From: an uncultured Nitrospirota bacterium
GTDB taxonomy: Bacteria > Nitrospirota > Thermodesulfovibrionia > SZUA-242 > CAYYSS01
Reading direction: 5' to 3'
Assembly (NCBI GenBank): GCA_964474325.1
Contig: CAYYSS010000001.1
Location: 1 to 35,769 of the forward strand
DNA: 35,769 nucleotides
Position numbers and translations under genes: made by a program. The notes below the pieces were generated by a model. It was not told the origin of the DNA, did no database searches, and saw nothing but the letters and a program-made list of their open reading frames with translations. The first letter of the stretch is position 1. Each line of letters begins with the position of its first letter. Positions 9,784 through 19,173 of this stretch are shown here, piece by piece.

Positions 9784-10292
9784 TCGACCTTCTGTTCGGC
9801 TATATCTCGGTGGTGAGTGTGGTGCTGGCGGTTCTCGTGGTAACGCGGCGGAACCCGGTTCACAGCGTGCTCTTTATGCTCCTTCTGTTCTTTCATCTGG
9901 CGGCGCTTTACCTTCTGCAGGATGCGGAATTCGTGGCGGCCATTCAGGTCATCGTCTATGCGGGGGCCATACTGGTACTCTTCCTGTTTACCGTACTCCT
10001 TTTGGACCTGCGGGAAGAGATCCGGGAAGAACCCTACGTGGGCACTATGGCCGTTGGTCTTGCCGTGGCCCTGGGGCTGGTCCTGTTTCTTGTGATGCTC
10101 GTACCGTCGTTTACGGCAGGGCCGGAGGGTGTTTATACGGTGGATCGTATCGCCGCCGAGACCCACACGAAGGCCTTGGGGTCACTTCTGTATACCGAAT
10201 ATCTTTTGCCGTTCGAGCTGGCGTCGGTGGTGCTTCTGGTTGCGGTTGTCGGTGCCATGACGCTGGCCAAACAGCGGCCCAAGGAGGAATAG
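9780..10292 (+). CDS. nuoJ: NADH-quinone oxidoreductase subunit J
   Basis: There is an ATGA overlap with nuoI. The 170-aa hydrophobic protein contains [22 protein letters not shown] and [14 protein letters not shown]. Confidence 0.9.
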   Translation: MIDLLFGYISVVSVVLAVLVVTRRNPVHSVLFMLLLFFHLAALYLLQDAEFVAAIQVIVYAGAILVLFLFTVLLLDLREEIREEPYVGTMAVGLAVALGLVLFLVMLVPSFTAGPEGVYTVDRIAAETHTKALGSLLYTEYLLPFELASVVLLVAVVGAMTLAKQRPKEE

Positions 10293-10300
10293 GGCGGGCC

Positions 10301-10603
10301 ATGGTCTCCCTTGATAGTTATCTCGTATTAAGCGCGGTTATTTTTTCAATCGGCGTGTTCGGTTTTCTCACCCGGCGGAGCGCTATCCTTATGTTCATGT
10401 CGGTGGAACTCATGCTCAACGCGGTCAATATCAGTCTCGTGGCCCTGAGTCATTACATGCAGGACCTCAGGGGGCATGTGATGGTGGTCTTCATCATCAC
10501 GGTGGCTGCGGCGGAAGCGGCTATCGGCCTGGCCATTCTCATTACCCTGTTCAGAAGCAGGGTGACGGCCCACGTCGACGAGATCTCATTAATGAAGGGG
10601 TAG
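10301..10603 (+). CDS. nuoK: NADH-quinone oxidoreductase subunit K
   Basis: This 100-aa, three-helix protein ([23 protein letters not shown]...VELMLNAVN...[12 protein letters not shown]) is the last third of track ORF 9635..10603. The upstream part of that ORF is an out-of-frame read-through of nuoI and nuoJ. Confidence 0.9.
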   Translation: MVSLDSYLVLSAVIFSIGVFGFLTRRSAILMFMSVELMLNAVNISLVALSHYMQDLRGHVMVVFIITVAAAEAAIGLAILITLFRSRVTAHVDEISLMKG

Positions 10604-10607
10604 GGCA

Positions 10608-12554
10608 ATGGAATCGATCCAGACCATGCATGTGCTGATCCCGGGGCTCCCCCTTATCGCGTTTGCGGTAAACGGACTGCTCGGACGCCGGTGGATCGGC
10701 AATGCGGCCCACTGGCCGGCGATCCTGGGGGTCGGCGGTTCCTTCGTCCTGGCCCTGCTTACGGTCCGCGATGTCCTGGGGGGGCATACCTTTTACGGCG
10801 ATCTGTTTGCGTGGATCAGTTCGGGCGGCTTTAAGGCATCCGTGGGGTTCAGTATCGATCAGCTCACGGCCGTCATGCTGGTCGTGGTGACCACGGTGAG
10901 CCTCCTTGTGCACATCTACTCGGTAGGGTATATGCACGGCGAAGGAGGGTACTACCGGTTCTACGCCTTCCTGAGCCTCTTTACGTTTTCCATGCTCATG
11001 CTCATCATGTCGAACAACTTCCTCCAGCTCTATTTCGGCTGGGAGGCGGTGGGCCTGTGTTCCTATCTCCTGATCGGGTTTTATTACGAGAAGAAATCCG
11101 CCGCGGACGCGGGCAAGAAGGCCTTTATCGTAAACCGGTTCGGCGACTTCGGCTTCGCCCTGGGTATTTTCCTCGTCTTTCTCACCTTCGGGTCCGTGGA
11201 CTACCATACGGTCTTTGGGGCCCTTAAGGGCTGGGAAAGTCCGGTGGTCAGCCTTATCGGGTTCGAGATGGACCTGGTGACCCTCATTGCCCTGCTTCTT
11301 TTCTGCGGAGCGGTGGGGAAATCGGCTCAACTGCCGCTTCATGTCTGGCTTCCCGACGCCATGGAAGGTCCGACACCGGTGAGCGCCCTTATCCACGCGG
11401 CGACCATGGTAACCGCCGGCGTGTTTCTCCTGGCCCGGTGTAATCCCCTGTTCAGCCTTTCGGTCACCGCCATGGAGGTAGTGGCGATCACGGGGGCGGC
11501 AACAGCCCTCTTTGCGGCCACCATCGCCCTTGTTCAGAACGACATAAAGAAAATAATCGCATATTCGACCATCAGCCAGCTCGGCTATATGGTACTGGCC
11601 TGCGGGGTCGGGGCCTACGGCGCGGGGATTTTTCATCTCTATACCCACGCGTTTTTCAAGGCACTGCTCTTCCTCGGCGCGGGGTCGGTGATCCATGCGG
11701 TCCACGACCAGGACATCAGGAACATGGGCGGGCTCTTCCGCCATATGAAGGCCACGGCGATAACCTTCTGGATCGCGTCGCTGAGTATCTCGGGCTTTCC
11801 GTTTCTGGCCGGATTTTTCAGTAAGGACGAGATCCTCTGGCTCACCTACGCCTCTCACGGTCCCCTGGGCAAGATCCTCTGGGTGGTGGGCGCCTTTACG
11901 GCCCTGCTCACGGCGTTTTATTCGTTCCGCTTGATCTTTCTCACCTTCCACGGGGAGTTCCGGGGCAGTCGGGAGCAGGAGCATCATCTGCACGAGTCCC
12001 CGGCCGTTATGACCATACCCCTGGTGATTCTCTGCGTCGGCGCCGTTGCTTCGGGCTGGGTGGGGCTTCCGCCCCTCTGGGGTTTTGAGAACCAATTCGC
12101 GCATTTCATGGAGCCCGTCGTCGGGCATCCTTCCGCCCACGGCAGTCATGCGGAAGAATGGGCCGTCATGGGGGTTTCGGTCCTCCTGGGGCTTCTCGGC
12201 ATCGTTACTGCGTGGAGTCTGTATGGCAGGAAGAGTGATCTCCCCGAGCGCGCGGCCGGGCTGGCAAACGGCGTGCCGTACCGCTGGCTTCTCAATAAGT
12301 ATTACGTGGACGAGTTCTACGATGCGACCATCGTACGGGGCGTTTACGGCACGGCCCGGAACATTCTGGTTGCGTTTACCGACGGGGCCATCATCGAGGG
12401 GATCGTAAACGGTGTCCCCAAGGCCCTCTACGCTATCGGCGGCTGGCTTCGGCGTATCCATTCCGGCGTGCTTCAGCATTACGCAACCTTTATGGCCGCC
12501 GGTGTGATCGCCCTTGTGGTGGCGGTCCTGCTGGGACTCGGGGGGGGAGAGTAA
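10608..12554 (+). CDS. nuoL: NADH-quinone oxidoreductase subunit L (antiporter-like)
   Basis: The 648-aa product contains GWEAVGLCSYLLIGF and SAQLPLHVWLPDAMEGPTPVSALIHAATMVTAG, plus a long C-terminal extension typical of NuoL. Confidence 0.95.
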   Translation: MESIQTMHVLIPGLPLIAFAVNGLLGRRWIGNAAHWPAILGVGGSFVLALLTVRDVLGGHTFYGDLFAWISSGGFKASVGFSIDQLTAVMLVVVTTVSLLVHIYSVGYMHGEGGYYRFYAFLSLFTFSMLMLIMSNNFLQLYFGWEAVGLCSYLLIGFYYEKKSAADAGKKAFIVNRFGDFGFALGIFLVFLTFGSVDYHTVFGALKGWESPVVSLIGFEMDLVTLIALLLFCGAVGKSAQLPLHVWLPDAMEGPTPVSALIHAATMVTAGVFLLARCNPLFSLSVTAMEVVAITGAATALFAATIALVQNDIKKIIAYSTISQLGYMVLACGVGAYGAGIFHLYTHAFFKALLFLGAGSVIHAVHDQDIRNMGGLFRHMKATAITFWIASLSISGFPFLAGFFSKDEILWLTYASHGPLGKILWVVGAFTALLTAFYSFRLIFLTFHGEFRGSREQEHHLHESPAVMTIPLVILCVGAVASGWVGLPPLWGFENQFAHFMEPVVGHPSAHGSHAEEWAVMGVSVLLGLLGIVTAWSLYGRKSDLPERAAGLANGVPYRWLLNKYYVDEFYDATIVRGVYGTARNILVAFTDGAIIEGIVNGVPKALYAIGGWLRRIHSGVLQHYATFMAAGVIALVVAVLLGLGGGE

Positions 12555-12557
12555 GAT

Positions 12558-14081
12558 ATGGAAGGCCACCAGATACCCGGGTATCCCATCCTCACGGTTG
12601 TTACGTTTCTCCCGATCGCCGCCGGGGCTCTGCTTCTTTTCGTCAACAGACAGAAGTCCACCGTTATACGGTGGTTCAGCCTCCTTGCAACCGTGGCGAA
12701 CGCGGTACTCGCCGTTCCCCTGTTTACGGCCTACGACCGTTCTACCCCGGCGATGCAGTTCATCGAGCGGGCCTCGTGGATTCCCACCTGGAATATCGAG
12801 TACTACATGGGGGTCGACGGTATCAGCATCCTTTTCGTTATGCTGTCGGCGCTGGTGGGGATTCTGAGCGTGTCGATCTCCTGGACGTCGGTCACCGAGA
12901 AGGTCAAGGAGTTCCACGTATCACTGCTGTTCCTTGAGGGGGCCATGATCGGCGTCTTCTGCTCCCTTGACCTGTTCCTGTTTTATGTCTTCTGGGAGGC
13001 CATGCTTATCCCCATGTACCTCATGATCGGCGTGTGGGGCGGACCGAACCGGGTGTATGCGGCGATCAAGTTTTTCCTGTATACCCTCGTGGGCAGTCTT
13101 CTCATGCTGGTGGGTATTATCACCCTCTACCAGACCGGGGGCGGTACGTTCGACGTACTGACGCTCCAGTCCCTGGCCCTTGCCAAGGATCTACAGATAT
13201 GGCTGTGGCTCGCCTTCTTCGCGGCTTTTGCCGTCAAGGTCCCCATGTTTCCGGTCCATACCTGGCTTCCGGACGCCCACACCGAGGCCCCCACCGCCGG
13301 CAGTGTCGTCCTTGCCGCAGTGCTCATCAAGATGGGAGCGTACGGTTTTCTCCGGTTCTCGATTCCGTTTTTCCCGGATGCCACGATAACGATGATGCCG
13401 GCCATGCTCATTCTATCGGTGGTCGCGATCATCTACGGGGCGGTGATCTGTTTCGCCCAGACCGACCTCAAACGGCTGATTGCCTACAGTTCGGTAAGTC
13501 ATATGGGGTTTGTTACTCTGGGCATATTTGCACTTAATACCCAGGGGCTCGAGGGCGGTATTCTCCAGATGCTGAATCACGGCGTTGTCACCGGCGCTCT
13601 GTTTCTGCTCGTCGGTGTGGTCTACGAACGGACTCATACCCGCCTGATAGCCGACTACGGGGGCGTGGCCTCCCCGGCGCCGGTATATGCGACCCTCTTT
13701 CTGATCTTTACCCTGGCGGCCGTGGGGCTCCCTTCGACGAACGGTTTTGTCGGCGAGTTCCTGATTCTCCTCGGCGCCTTCGCCAAGAACCGTCTGATCG
13801 GTGCGCTTGCCGCCCTCGGGGTGATTCTCGGCGCCGGATATATGCTCTGGCTCTATCAGAAGGTGTTCCTCCAGGAAACCGGGGAAAAAGTCGTCACCCT
13901 GACCGATATGAACACGCGGGAGTTCCTCACGCTGGCGCCGATGATCGTACTGGTTTTCTGGATCGGAGTGCAGCCCGATACGTTTCTTGAGTTTCTCCAC
14001 GCACCCGTACAGCACTTGATCGAGCGTCTGGAACCGGCGGCAGAAGGCATGCGGCTCGCCGGCATTGTGATGGGGAGGTAG
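12558..14081 (+). CDS. nuoM: NADH-quinone oxidoreductase subunit M (antiporter-like)
   Basis: The 507-aa product contains FWEAMLIPMYLMIGVWGG and VPMFPVHTWLPDAHTEAPTAGSVVLA. Confidence 0.95.
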   Translation: MEGHQIPGYPILTVVTFLPIAAGALLLFVNRQKSTVIRWFSLLATVANAVLAVPLFTAYDRSTPAMQFIERASWIPTWNIEYYMGVDGISILFVMLSALVGILSVSISWTSVTEKVKEFHVSLLFLEGAMIGVFCSLDLFLFYVFWEAMLIPMYLMIGVWGGPNRVYAAIKFFLYTLVGSLLMLVGIITLYQTGGGTFDVLTLQSLALAKDLQIWLWLAFFAAFAVKVPMFPVHTWLPDAHTEAPTAGSVVLAAVLIKMGAYGFLRFSIPFFPDATITMMPAMLILSVVAIIYGAVICFAQTDLKRLIAYSSVSHMGFVTLGIFALNTQGLEGGILQMLNHGVVTGALFLLVGVVYERTHTRLIADYGGVASPAPVYATLFLIFTLAAVGLPSTNGFVGEFLILLGAFAKNRLIGALAALGVILGAGYMLWLYQKVFLQETGEKVVTLTDMNTREFLTLAPMIVLVFWIGVQPDTFLEFLHAPVQHLIERLEPAAEGMRLAGIVMGR

Positions 14082-14084
14082 ACG

Positions 14085-15515
14085 ATGCCGTTTCCTCTGA
14101 GGGATCTCTACAGTCTCGTACCGGAACTGATACTGCTTGCCGGGGCGATGGTCATCCTTCTGGCCGACCTGTTTGCCCGGAGCCGTCGGACGGCCGCCGG
14201 CATGACGGTCGTCGTTCTGATCCTCACGGCCCTCACGGTGAGCGGCCCCATGGACGGATCGTTTTTCGGCGGGCTCTACGTATTCGACGCCTACGCGATC
14301 TTCTTCAAGATCCTCTTTCTTATTACAGCGCTGTTGGCCACGCTTCTTTCCATCCGTTTTCTCGAAGCCCTCGGGGAACTCCGGGGAGAGTTTTACGTTC
14401 TTCTCCTCTGCGCGACTGCGGGGATGATGGTTATGGCATCGGCCGCGGACCTCATGGTGGCCTACCTGGGCCTTGAACTCATGGCCCTTTCGGTCTACGT
14501 GCTTACGGGGTTTCTCCGGCGGGACGCCCGCAGCAACGAGGCGGCTATGAAGTATTTCCTTAACGGCGCCTTTGCCTCGGCGTTTCTGCTCTACGGTATC
14601 GCGCTCACCTACGGGATGACGGGGACGACAAACCTGTCGGCGGTGGCGGCGGCGATATCGGAAAACGACTTGGCCGCAACACCGGCCCTTCTGGCGGGGA
14701 TCGGTATGATCGTCGCGGCATTCGGCTTTAAGATCGCCCTGGTGCCGTTTCACTTCTGGGCTCCCGACGCCTACGAAGGGGCCCCCACGCCGGTAACGGC
14801 CTTTATGTCGGTGGGCCCCAAGGCGGCGGCGTTTGCCCTTTCCGCCCGCGTGCTGTTTACGGCCTACGGCCCGTCGGACGGGGCGTGGACGGGAATGCTG
14901 GCGGCCCTGGCCGCCGCGACAATGATCGTCGGCAACCTGGTGGCGCTTCGGCAGACCAATATTAAACGTATGCTTGCGTACTCCTCGGTGGCCCATGCGG
15001 GATACATGCTCCTCGGACTGGTTGCCGGGACGGAGGCCGCGGTGGGCGGTACGATGGTCTACGTTATGGTATACGCTTTCATGAACATCGAGGCCTTTGC
15101 CGTCGTGATTCTTCTCAGCGGCGAGACGGCGGCCGAGGAAATCGACAACTACCAGGGCCTTGCCAAGACCCACCCGGGAGCGGCCCTTCTGATGCTTATC
15201 TTCATGTTTTCCCTTACGGGAATTCCCCCCACAGCGGGTTTTATCGGTAAGTTCCATCTCTTCCAGGAGGTTCTCCGGGCGGGGCACACGGGGCTTGTGG
15301 TCCTGGCCGTGCTCATGAGTTCGGTCTCGGCTTTCTATTACCTTCGCATCGTCATGTATATGTATATGCGTGAACCCGGGGAAGAGCCGTATGTACTCGG
15401 GCAATCGGCCGCGTTGGGTCTTGCGGTGGCGGTCACCGTTGTGGTGGTGGTCTTTGTGGGCTTGTTTCCCGAGACCTTGCTCGCCTTTGCCCGGGAGTCG
15501 TTGCCGTCCTTTTAG
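14085..15515 (+). CDS. nuoN: NADH-quinone oxidoreductase subunit N (antiporter-like)
   Basis: The 476-aa product contains LELMALSVYVL, VPFHFWAPDAYEGAPTPVTAF and KRMLAYSSVAHAGY. It is the last gene of the nuo series. Confidence 0.93.
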   Translation: MPFPLRDLYSLVPELILLAGAMVILLADLFARSRRTAAGMTVVVLILTALTVSGPMDGSFFGGLYVFDAYAIFFKILFLITALLATLLSIRFLEALGELRGEFYVLLLCATAGMMVMASAADLMVAYLGLELMALSVYVLTGFLRRDARSNEAAMKYFLNGAFASAFLLYGIALTYGMTGTTNLSAVAAAISENDLAATPALLAGIGMIVAAFGFKIALVPFHFWAPDAYEGAPTPVTAFMSVGPKAAAFALSARVLFTAYGPSDGAWTGMLAALAAATMIVGNLVALRQTNIKRMLAYSSVAHAGYMLLGLVAGTEAAVGGTMVYVMVYAFMNIEAFAVVILLSGETAAEEIDNYQGLAKTHPGAALLMLIFMFSLTGIPPTAGFIGKFHLFQEVLRAGHTGLVVLAVLMSSVSAFYYLRIVMYMYMREPGEEPYVLGQSAALGLAVAVTVVVVVFVGLFPETLLAFARESLPSF

Positions 15516-15528
15516 ATTCCATTTCCCC

Positions 15529-15546
15529 GGCCCGTTCGTTCGGGCC
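15529..15546 (+). terminator. Short GC hairpin after nuoN (weak terminator candidate)
   Basis: GGCCCG (15529-15534), loop TTCGTT, CGGGCC (15541-15546), starting 14 nt after the nuoN stop. No clear T-run follows, so read-through into the kinase gene is plausible. Confidence 0.25.
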
Positions 15547-15614
15547 TGAGGTTGTAACGTACTCTCGAGCAGGCGCTATACGCGGGTACGGCGCGGCCCC
15601 TGAGCAGAGCGACG

Positions 15615-17234
15615 ATGAAACGAGCGGTCGATATGTTGTCTGAGATTCTTAAAAGAAAATTTCTGCACAGTTTCAGCGGAAAACTTGTCTTGAGTGTCGG
15701 AACGATCCTGATCGTGGGAAACGCCGTTTTCTGGTATCTTCTCGTCCGGGACCAGCGTGCAAATCTCGTTGCGGCTACGGTTGAGAGTTCCCTCAGACTC
15801 AACGATGTCGCCTACCGGGTTCTCAAGGATCATATGATCACCGCGGAACCGCAGGAAATACAGGATACGATCGAGAACATCGGCGAGGCGTGGCTGTACC
15901 GCAAGATCCGGGTGATAACCTGCCGGGGGAGGGTGGCGTTTTCGTCCAGTCCCGACGAGATCGGCACCACCATGCCGGTCGGGGGCGCGTCCTGCACCCT
16001 TTGCCACCGGGACGGGCAGGCCTCCGCGATGGAGGTATCGCCGGAAAGCAGGTGGGCCCTCGAGACGTCCGGCGACGGCCGCCAGCAACTCAAGGTCGTC
16101 ACCCCGATTCTCAACGAACCATCCTGCAGTCAGGCGGCCTGCCACGCCCATCCCGAAAGCCGGGCGATGCTGGGAATCCTTGAGGCCGACACCTCGCTTA
16201 TAGGATTGGATAAAGGGCTCCGGAAGCAGGCCATTGCCACGGTGTTTTATCTCCTTGCTTTTACGTTTGCGTTGTCGCTCTTTCTCTGCACGAGCCTTTG
16301 GAAACTTGTCAGCCAGCCCTTGGCGGAAGTTCTCAAGGGGATCGGTCGCGTAGCCCGGGGGGATCTGGATTACGTTATCCCGGTCAATACGCGGGACGAG
16401 ATGGGGGAACTTGCCTCGTCGTTCAACGCCATGACCCGGGACCTCGCCAGTGCGAAAGAAGAACTCATCAAGTGGGCGGACACCCTGGAGAAAAAGGTCG
16501 AGGAGAAGACCGAGGCGATCCAGCGGGCCCGGGACCAACTGATTCAGTCGGAAAAGCTGGCCTCGCTCGGGAGAATGGCCGCCGGGGTGGCCCACGAACT
16601 CAACAGCCCGCTTACGGGTGTTGTCACCTTCGGGCACTTGCTCGCCAAGCGCCTGCCCGACGGAAGTCAGGACCGGGAGGACGTGGAAGTAATCATCGAG
16701 CAGGCGAATCGCTGTTCCAGCATTATCCGGGGGCTTCTCGGATTCGCCCGGGCAAGTTCGGAGGAAAAGACGGCCACCAACCTCAACGAGGTGATCCGGA
16801 GTTCGCTTCGGATCGTGGAAAACAAGGCGGATTTCTTCGATGTGGAGCGGCGGCTCAATCTTGACGAAGAACTCCCCCGCATAAAGGCCAACGCGCCCCA
16901 GATCCAGCAGGTCTTTCTGAATATGATCGTCAACGCGGCCGACGCAATGGACGGCAAAGGGACGTTGACGATTACGACGCGGCAGGGCGAACGGGGAGGC
17001 AGGCCCACGGTGGAAGCTGTTTTCGAAGACACGGGGACCGGTATTTCCGCCGAGGATATGGAAAAACTGTTTGAGCCCTTCTTTACCACGAAACCCGTGG
17101 GCAAGGGTACCGGGCTTGGTCTTGCCGTCAGCCATGGTATTATCCAAGATCATGGAGGCGGTATTCTGGTCGCCAGCAGTCCGGGCAAAGGCGCAACGTT
17201 TACCGTGTGGTTTCCCCGGGAGGACGACGAATGA
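15615..17234 (+). CDS. Membrane sensor histidine kinase (TM - ~160-aa periplasmic loop with CXXCH and CX4CH - TM - HAMP - HisKA - HATPase_c)
   Basis: The two hydrophobic segments are LVLSVGTILIVGNAVFWYLLV and AIATVFYLLAFTFALSLFLCTSLW. A HAMP-like segment (PLAEVLKGIGRVARGDLDY...MGELASSFNAM) follows. The H-box is AAGVAHELNSPL (His327), the N-box is NMIVNAADAM, and the G-boxes are DTGTGI and GTGLGLAV. The H-E-L-N-x-P-L box is typical of kinases paired with NtrC-family regulators. Confidence 0.9.
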   Translation: MKRAVDMLSEILKRKFLHSFSGKLVLSVGTILIVGNAVFWYLLVRDQRANLVAATVESSLRLNDVAYRVLKDHMITAEPQEIQDTIENIGEAWLYRKIRVITCRGRVAFSSSPDEIGTTMPVGGASCTLCHRDGQASAMEVSPESRWALETSGDGRQQLKVVTPILNEPSCSQAACHAHPESRAMLGILEADTSLIGLDKGLRKQAIATVFYLLAFTFALSLFLCTSLWKLVSQPLAEVLKGIGRVARGDLDYVIPVNTRDEMGELASSFNAMTRDLASAKEELIKWADTLEKKVEEKTEAIQRARDQLIQSEKLASLGRMAAGVAHELNSPLTGVVTFGHLLAKRLPDGSQDREDVEVIIEQANRCSSIIRGLLGFARASSEEKTATNLNEVIRSSLRIVENKADFFDVERRLNLDEELPRIKANAPQIQQVFLNMIVNAADAMDGKGTLTITTRQGERGGRPTVEAVFEDTGTGISAEDMEKLFEPFFTTKPVGKGTGLGLAVSHGIIQDHGGGILVASSPGKGATFTVWFPREDDE

Positions 17235-17608
17235 GCGTGGATCGGAGAGTCCTGGTTATCGACGACGAGGCCATCGTCAGGACCAGTTGCCGTCGGGTGC
17301 TGGAACCAGAGGGGTACGCCGTGGTCATGGCCGAGAACGGTCCCGACGGCCTCCGGCGGATCAGGGATGAAGGACCTTTTTCCCTGGTTCTCACCGATCT
17401 GAAAATGCCGGGCATGGACGGTATCGAGGTGCTGCGCCGGATCAAGGACGGGTGGCCCGACATCCCGGTGGTGATCGTGACCGGCTACCAGACCATCGAA
17501 ACGGCCGTCAAGGCCATTAAGCTCGGGGCCTTCGATTATGTCAATAAGCCTTTTACGCCCGACGCCCTGCTCGATGTGGTGGCGCGGGCCCTCCAGGGCG
17601 AGGCCTGA
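17231..17608 (+). CDS. Stand-alone response regulator receiver (CheY-like, no output domain)
   Basis: ATG 17231 forms an ATGA overlap with the kinase stop. The 125-aa product has VLVIDDE, LVLTDLKMPGMDG (acceptor Asp56), VVIVTGY and a conserved Lys in NKPF. The track start 17207 lies inside the kinase gene. Confidence 0.88.
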   Translation: MSVDRRVLVIDDEAIVRTSCRRVLEPEGYAVVMAENGPDGLRRIRDEGPFSLVLTDLKMPGMDGIEVLRRIKDGWPDIPVVIVTGYQTIETAVKAIKLGAFDYVNKPFTPDALLDVVARALQGEA

Positions 17609-17664
17609 CCCCGCGCCGGCGGTGCCTTCCGTGCCCCGAGAGGGTACGCCCCTCCCGTAATCCC

Positions 17665-19077
17665 ATGAACCTCGGCAGTATCCTCGTTATTGATGACGAT
17701 CCCGTGGTGCGGGACAGTTGCGTCCGGCTCCTCGAACCGGAGGGGTACCGGGTGGAGACGGCAGGCCGGGGTACGGCGGGGCTTGAGCTTCTGGAAACCA
17801 TGTCCTTCGACCTTGTGCTCACGGATCTCAGGATGCCGGATATGGACGGCCTCCAGGTGCTCCGCGCGGTGCGGGAACGGTACGGCGACGTGGAAGTGAT
17901 GATTTTTACGGGTCACGGGACCGTTGCCACCGCGGTGGATGCCATGCGTATGGGGGCCTTCGACTATATAGAGAAACCCTTTGTGCCCGACGAGCTGGTT
18001 CTTGCGGTCGGTCGCGCCGTTGAACGGCGGCATCTGAGCCGGGAAAACAGGATGCTCCGTCAGGAGCTACACGGGCGCTATCGGCTCGACAATATCGTGG
18101 GCGGCTCCGCGCCCATGCAGGCGGTCTTCCGTCTTCTGGCAAGCGTGACTCCCACGGCGAGCACGGTCCTTATCACGGGGGAATCGGGTACGGGCAAGGA
18201 ACTGGTCGCCCGGGCAATACACCACAACAGTCCCCGCCGGGGCGGTCCGTTCGTTGTGGTGGACTGCGCGTCGATTCCCGAAACGTTGATGGAGGCCGAA
18301 CTCTTCGGTCACACGAAAGGGGCGTTTACGGGAGCGGGGGAGGCACGGCCCGGGCTTCTCAAAGAGGCCCACGGCGGCACTGTGTTCTTCGACGAGATCG
18401 GCAACGTACCCCTGCCGGTGCAGGCAAAACTCCTCCGCTTTCTCCAGGAGCGGCGGGTGCGCGCCGTTGGGGACAGCCGGGAGCGCGAGGTGGATGTTCG
18501 CCTGGTTGCCGCCACGAACAACAACCTGAGGAGTATGATCCAGGCGGGCACGTTCCGGGAAGACCTGTTTTACCGTCTCGACGTGTTTCCCATTCGTCTG
18601 CCGGCCCTCCGGGACCGTCGGGAAGATATCCCGCTGTTGGCCGAACATTTTTTATCGAAACACACGAAGACCCTGGGAAAGACCATAAACGGTATTTCCG
18701 CCGAGGCAATGAACCTCCTGGTGCACGCCGAGTGGCCCGGCAATGTGCGCCAGCTCGAAAACGCGGTCCAGCGGGCCATCATCCTTGCCCGGGAGCCGTC
18801 GCTTGGCCCGGAAGATTTTCCCGAATTCGCCCCTTCCGCCGAGTCCGAGGAACAGCCGCCCCTTACGAGTGAGGAACTCAAGGAGCGGAAGCGGTTGGTA
18901 CGGGAGCGCTCGGTCCTGGGGATCGAGCGGGCCTTCGTGGTGGCCGCTTTGGGCCGAAACGACGGCAACGTAAGCCGGGCCGCCCGGGACGTCGGTATGC
19001 AGAGACCGAACTCCCACGCCCTTAGGCGGAAACACGGTATCAACGCCGCCAATGGCGGCCCTCCGGCGGGTCGGTAG
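17665..19077 (+). CDS. Sigma54-dependent enhancer-binding response regulator (REC - AAA+ - Fis-type HTH; NtrC family)
   Basis: The REC domain has LVLTDLRMPDMDG (Asp54). The AAA+ domain has Walker A GESGTGKE, the GAFTGA sigma54-contact loop (nt 18319-18336), Walker B VFFDEIG, and the arginine-finger region FREDLFYRL. The C-terminal HTH is GNVSRAARDVGMQR. Confidence 0.92.
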   Translation: MNLGSILVIDDDPVVRDSCVRLLEPEGYRVETAGRGTAGLELLETMSFDLVLTDLRMPDMDGLQVLRAVRERYGDVEVMIFTGHGTVATAVDAMRMGAFDYIEKPFVPDELVLAVGRAVERRHLSRENRMLRQELHGRYRLDNIVGGSAPMQAVFRLLASVTPTASTVLITGESGTGKELVARAIHHNSPRRGGPFVVVDCASIPETLMEAELFGHTKGAFTGAGEARPGLLKEAHGGTVFFDEIGNVPLPVQAKLLRFLQERRVRAVGDSREREVDVRLVAATNNNLRSMIQAGTFREDLFYRLDVFPIRLPALRDRREDIPLLAEHFLSKHTKTLGKTINGISAEAMNLLVHAEWPGNVRQLENAVQRAIILAREPSLGPEDFPEFAPSAESEEQPPLTSEELKERKRLVRERSVLGIERAFVVAALGRNDGNVSRAARDVGMQRPNSHALRRKHGINAANGGPPAGR

Positions 19078-19173
19078 GCACCCGTCGGGCGGTTAAGGTG
19101 GGGATAGAACCCCCTTCTTGTCCCGATTTCCATGCCGGTTTCCCACTTTCTCCCCCGTTTTTTTCCTTGATTC

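Noticed and set aside
10551-12917. Very long minus-strand ORFs opposite nuoL/nuoM (788 aa). Similar ones occur at 13413..15404 (663 aa), 21021..22928 (635 aa), 26490..28310 (606 aa), 30278..31987 (569 aa), 15576..17153 (525 aa), 34276..35724 (482 aa) and 23041..24435 (464 aa).
   Set aside because: Each lies entirely antisense to a plus-strand gene that has unmistakable conserved motifs. Their translations are low-complexity and rich in R, P, G and H, with no recognisable motifs. Long stop-free antisense frames are expected in DNA this GC-rich. I treat them as shadow ORFs.
15552-15582. A possible promoter, TTGTAA-N19-TATACG, upstream of the kinase gene.
   Set aside because: The 19-nt spacer is too long and the -10 hexamer is poor. 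The evidence is not strong enough to annotate it. The kinase gene may be read through from nuoN.
19077-19090. A sigma54-like element, AGGCAC-ccgtcg-GGCG, with GG and GC at the canonical 12-nt offset. It overlaps the EBP stop codon.
   Set aside because: Only GGCAC and the GC dinucleotide match. The conserved T's of the -12 TTGCW element and the -26 T are missing. GG-N10-GC arises easily by chance in GC-rich DNA. It would also give a ~270-nt leader to mraZ with no visible upstream activator site outside the coding sequence. It is worth scoring with a PWM but does not support a call.
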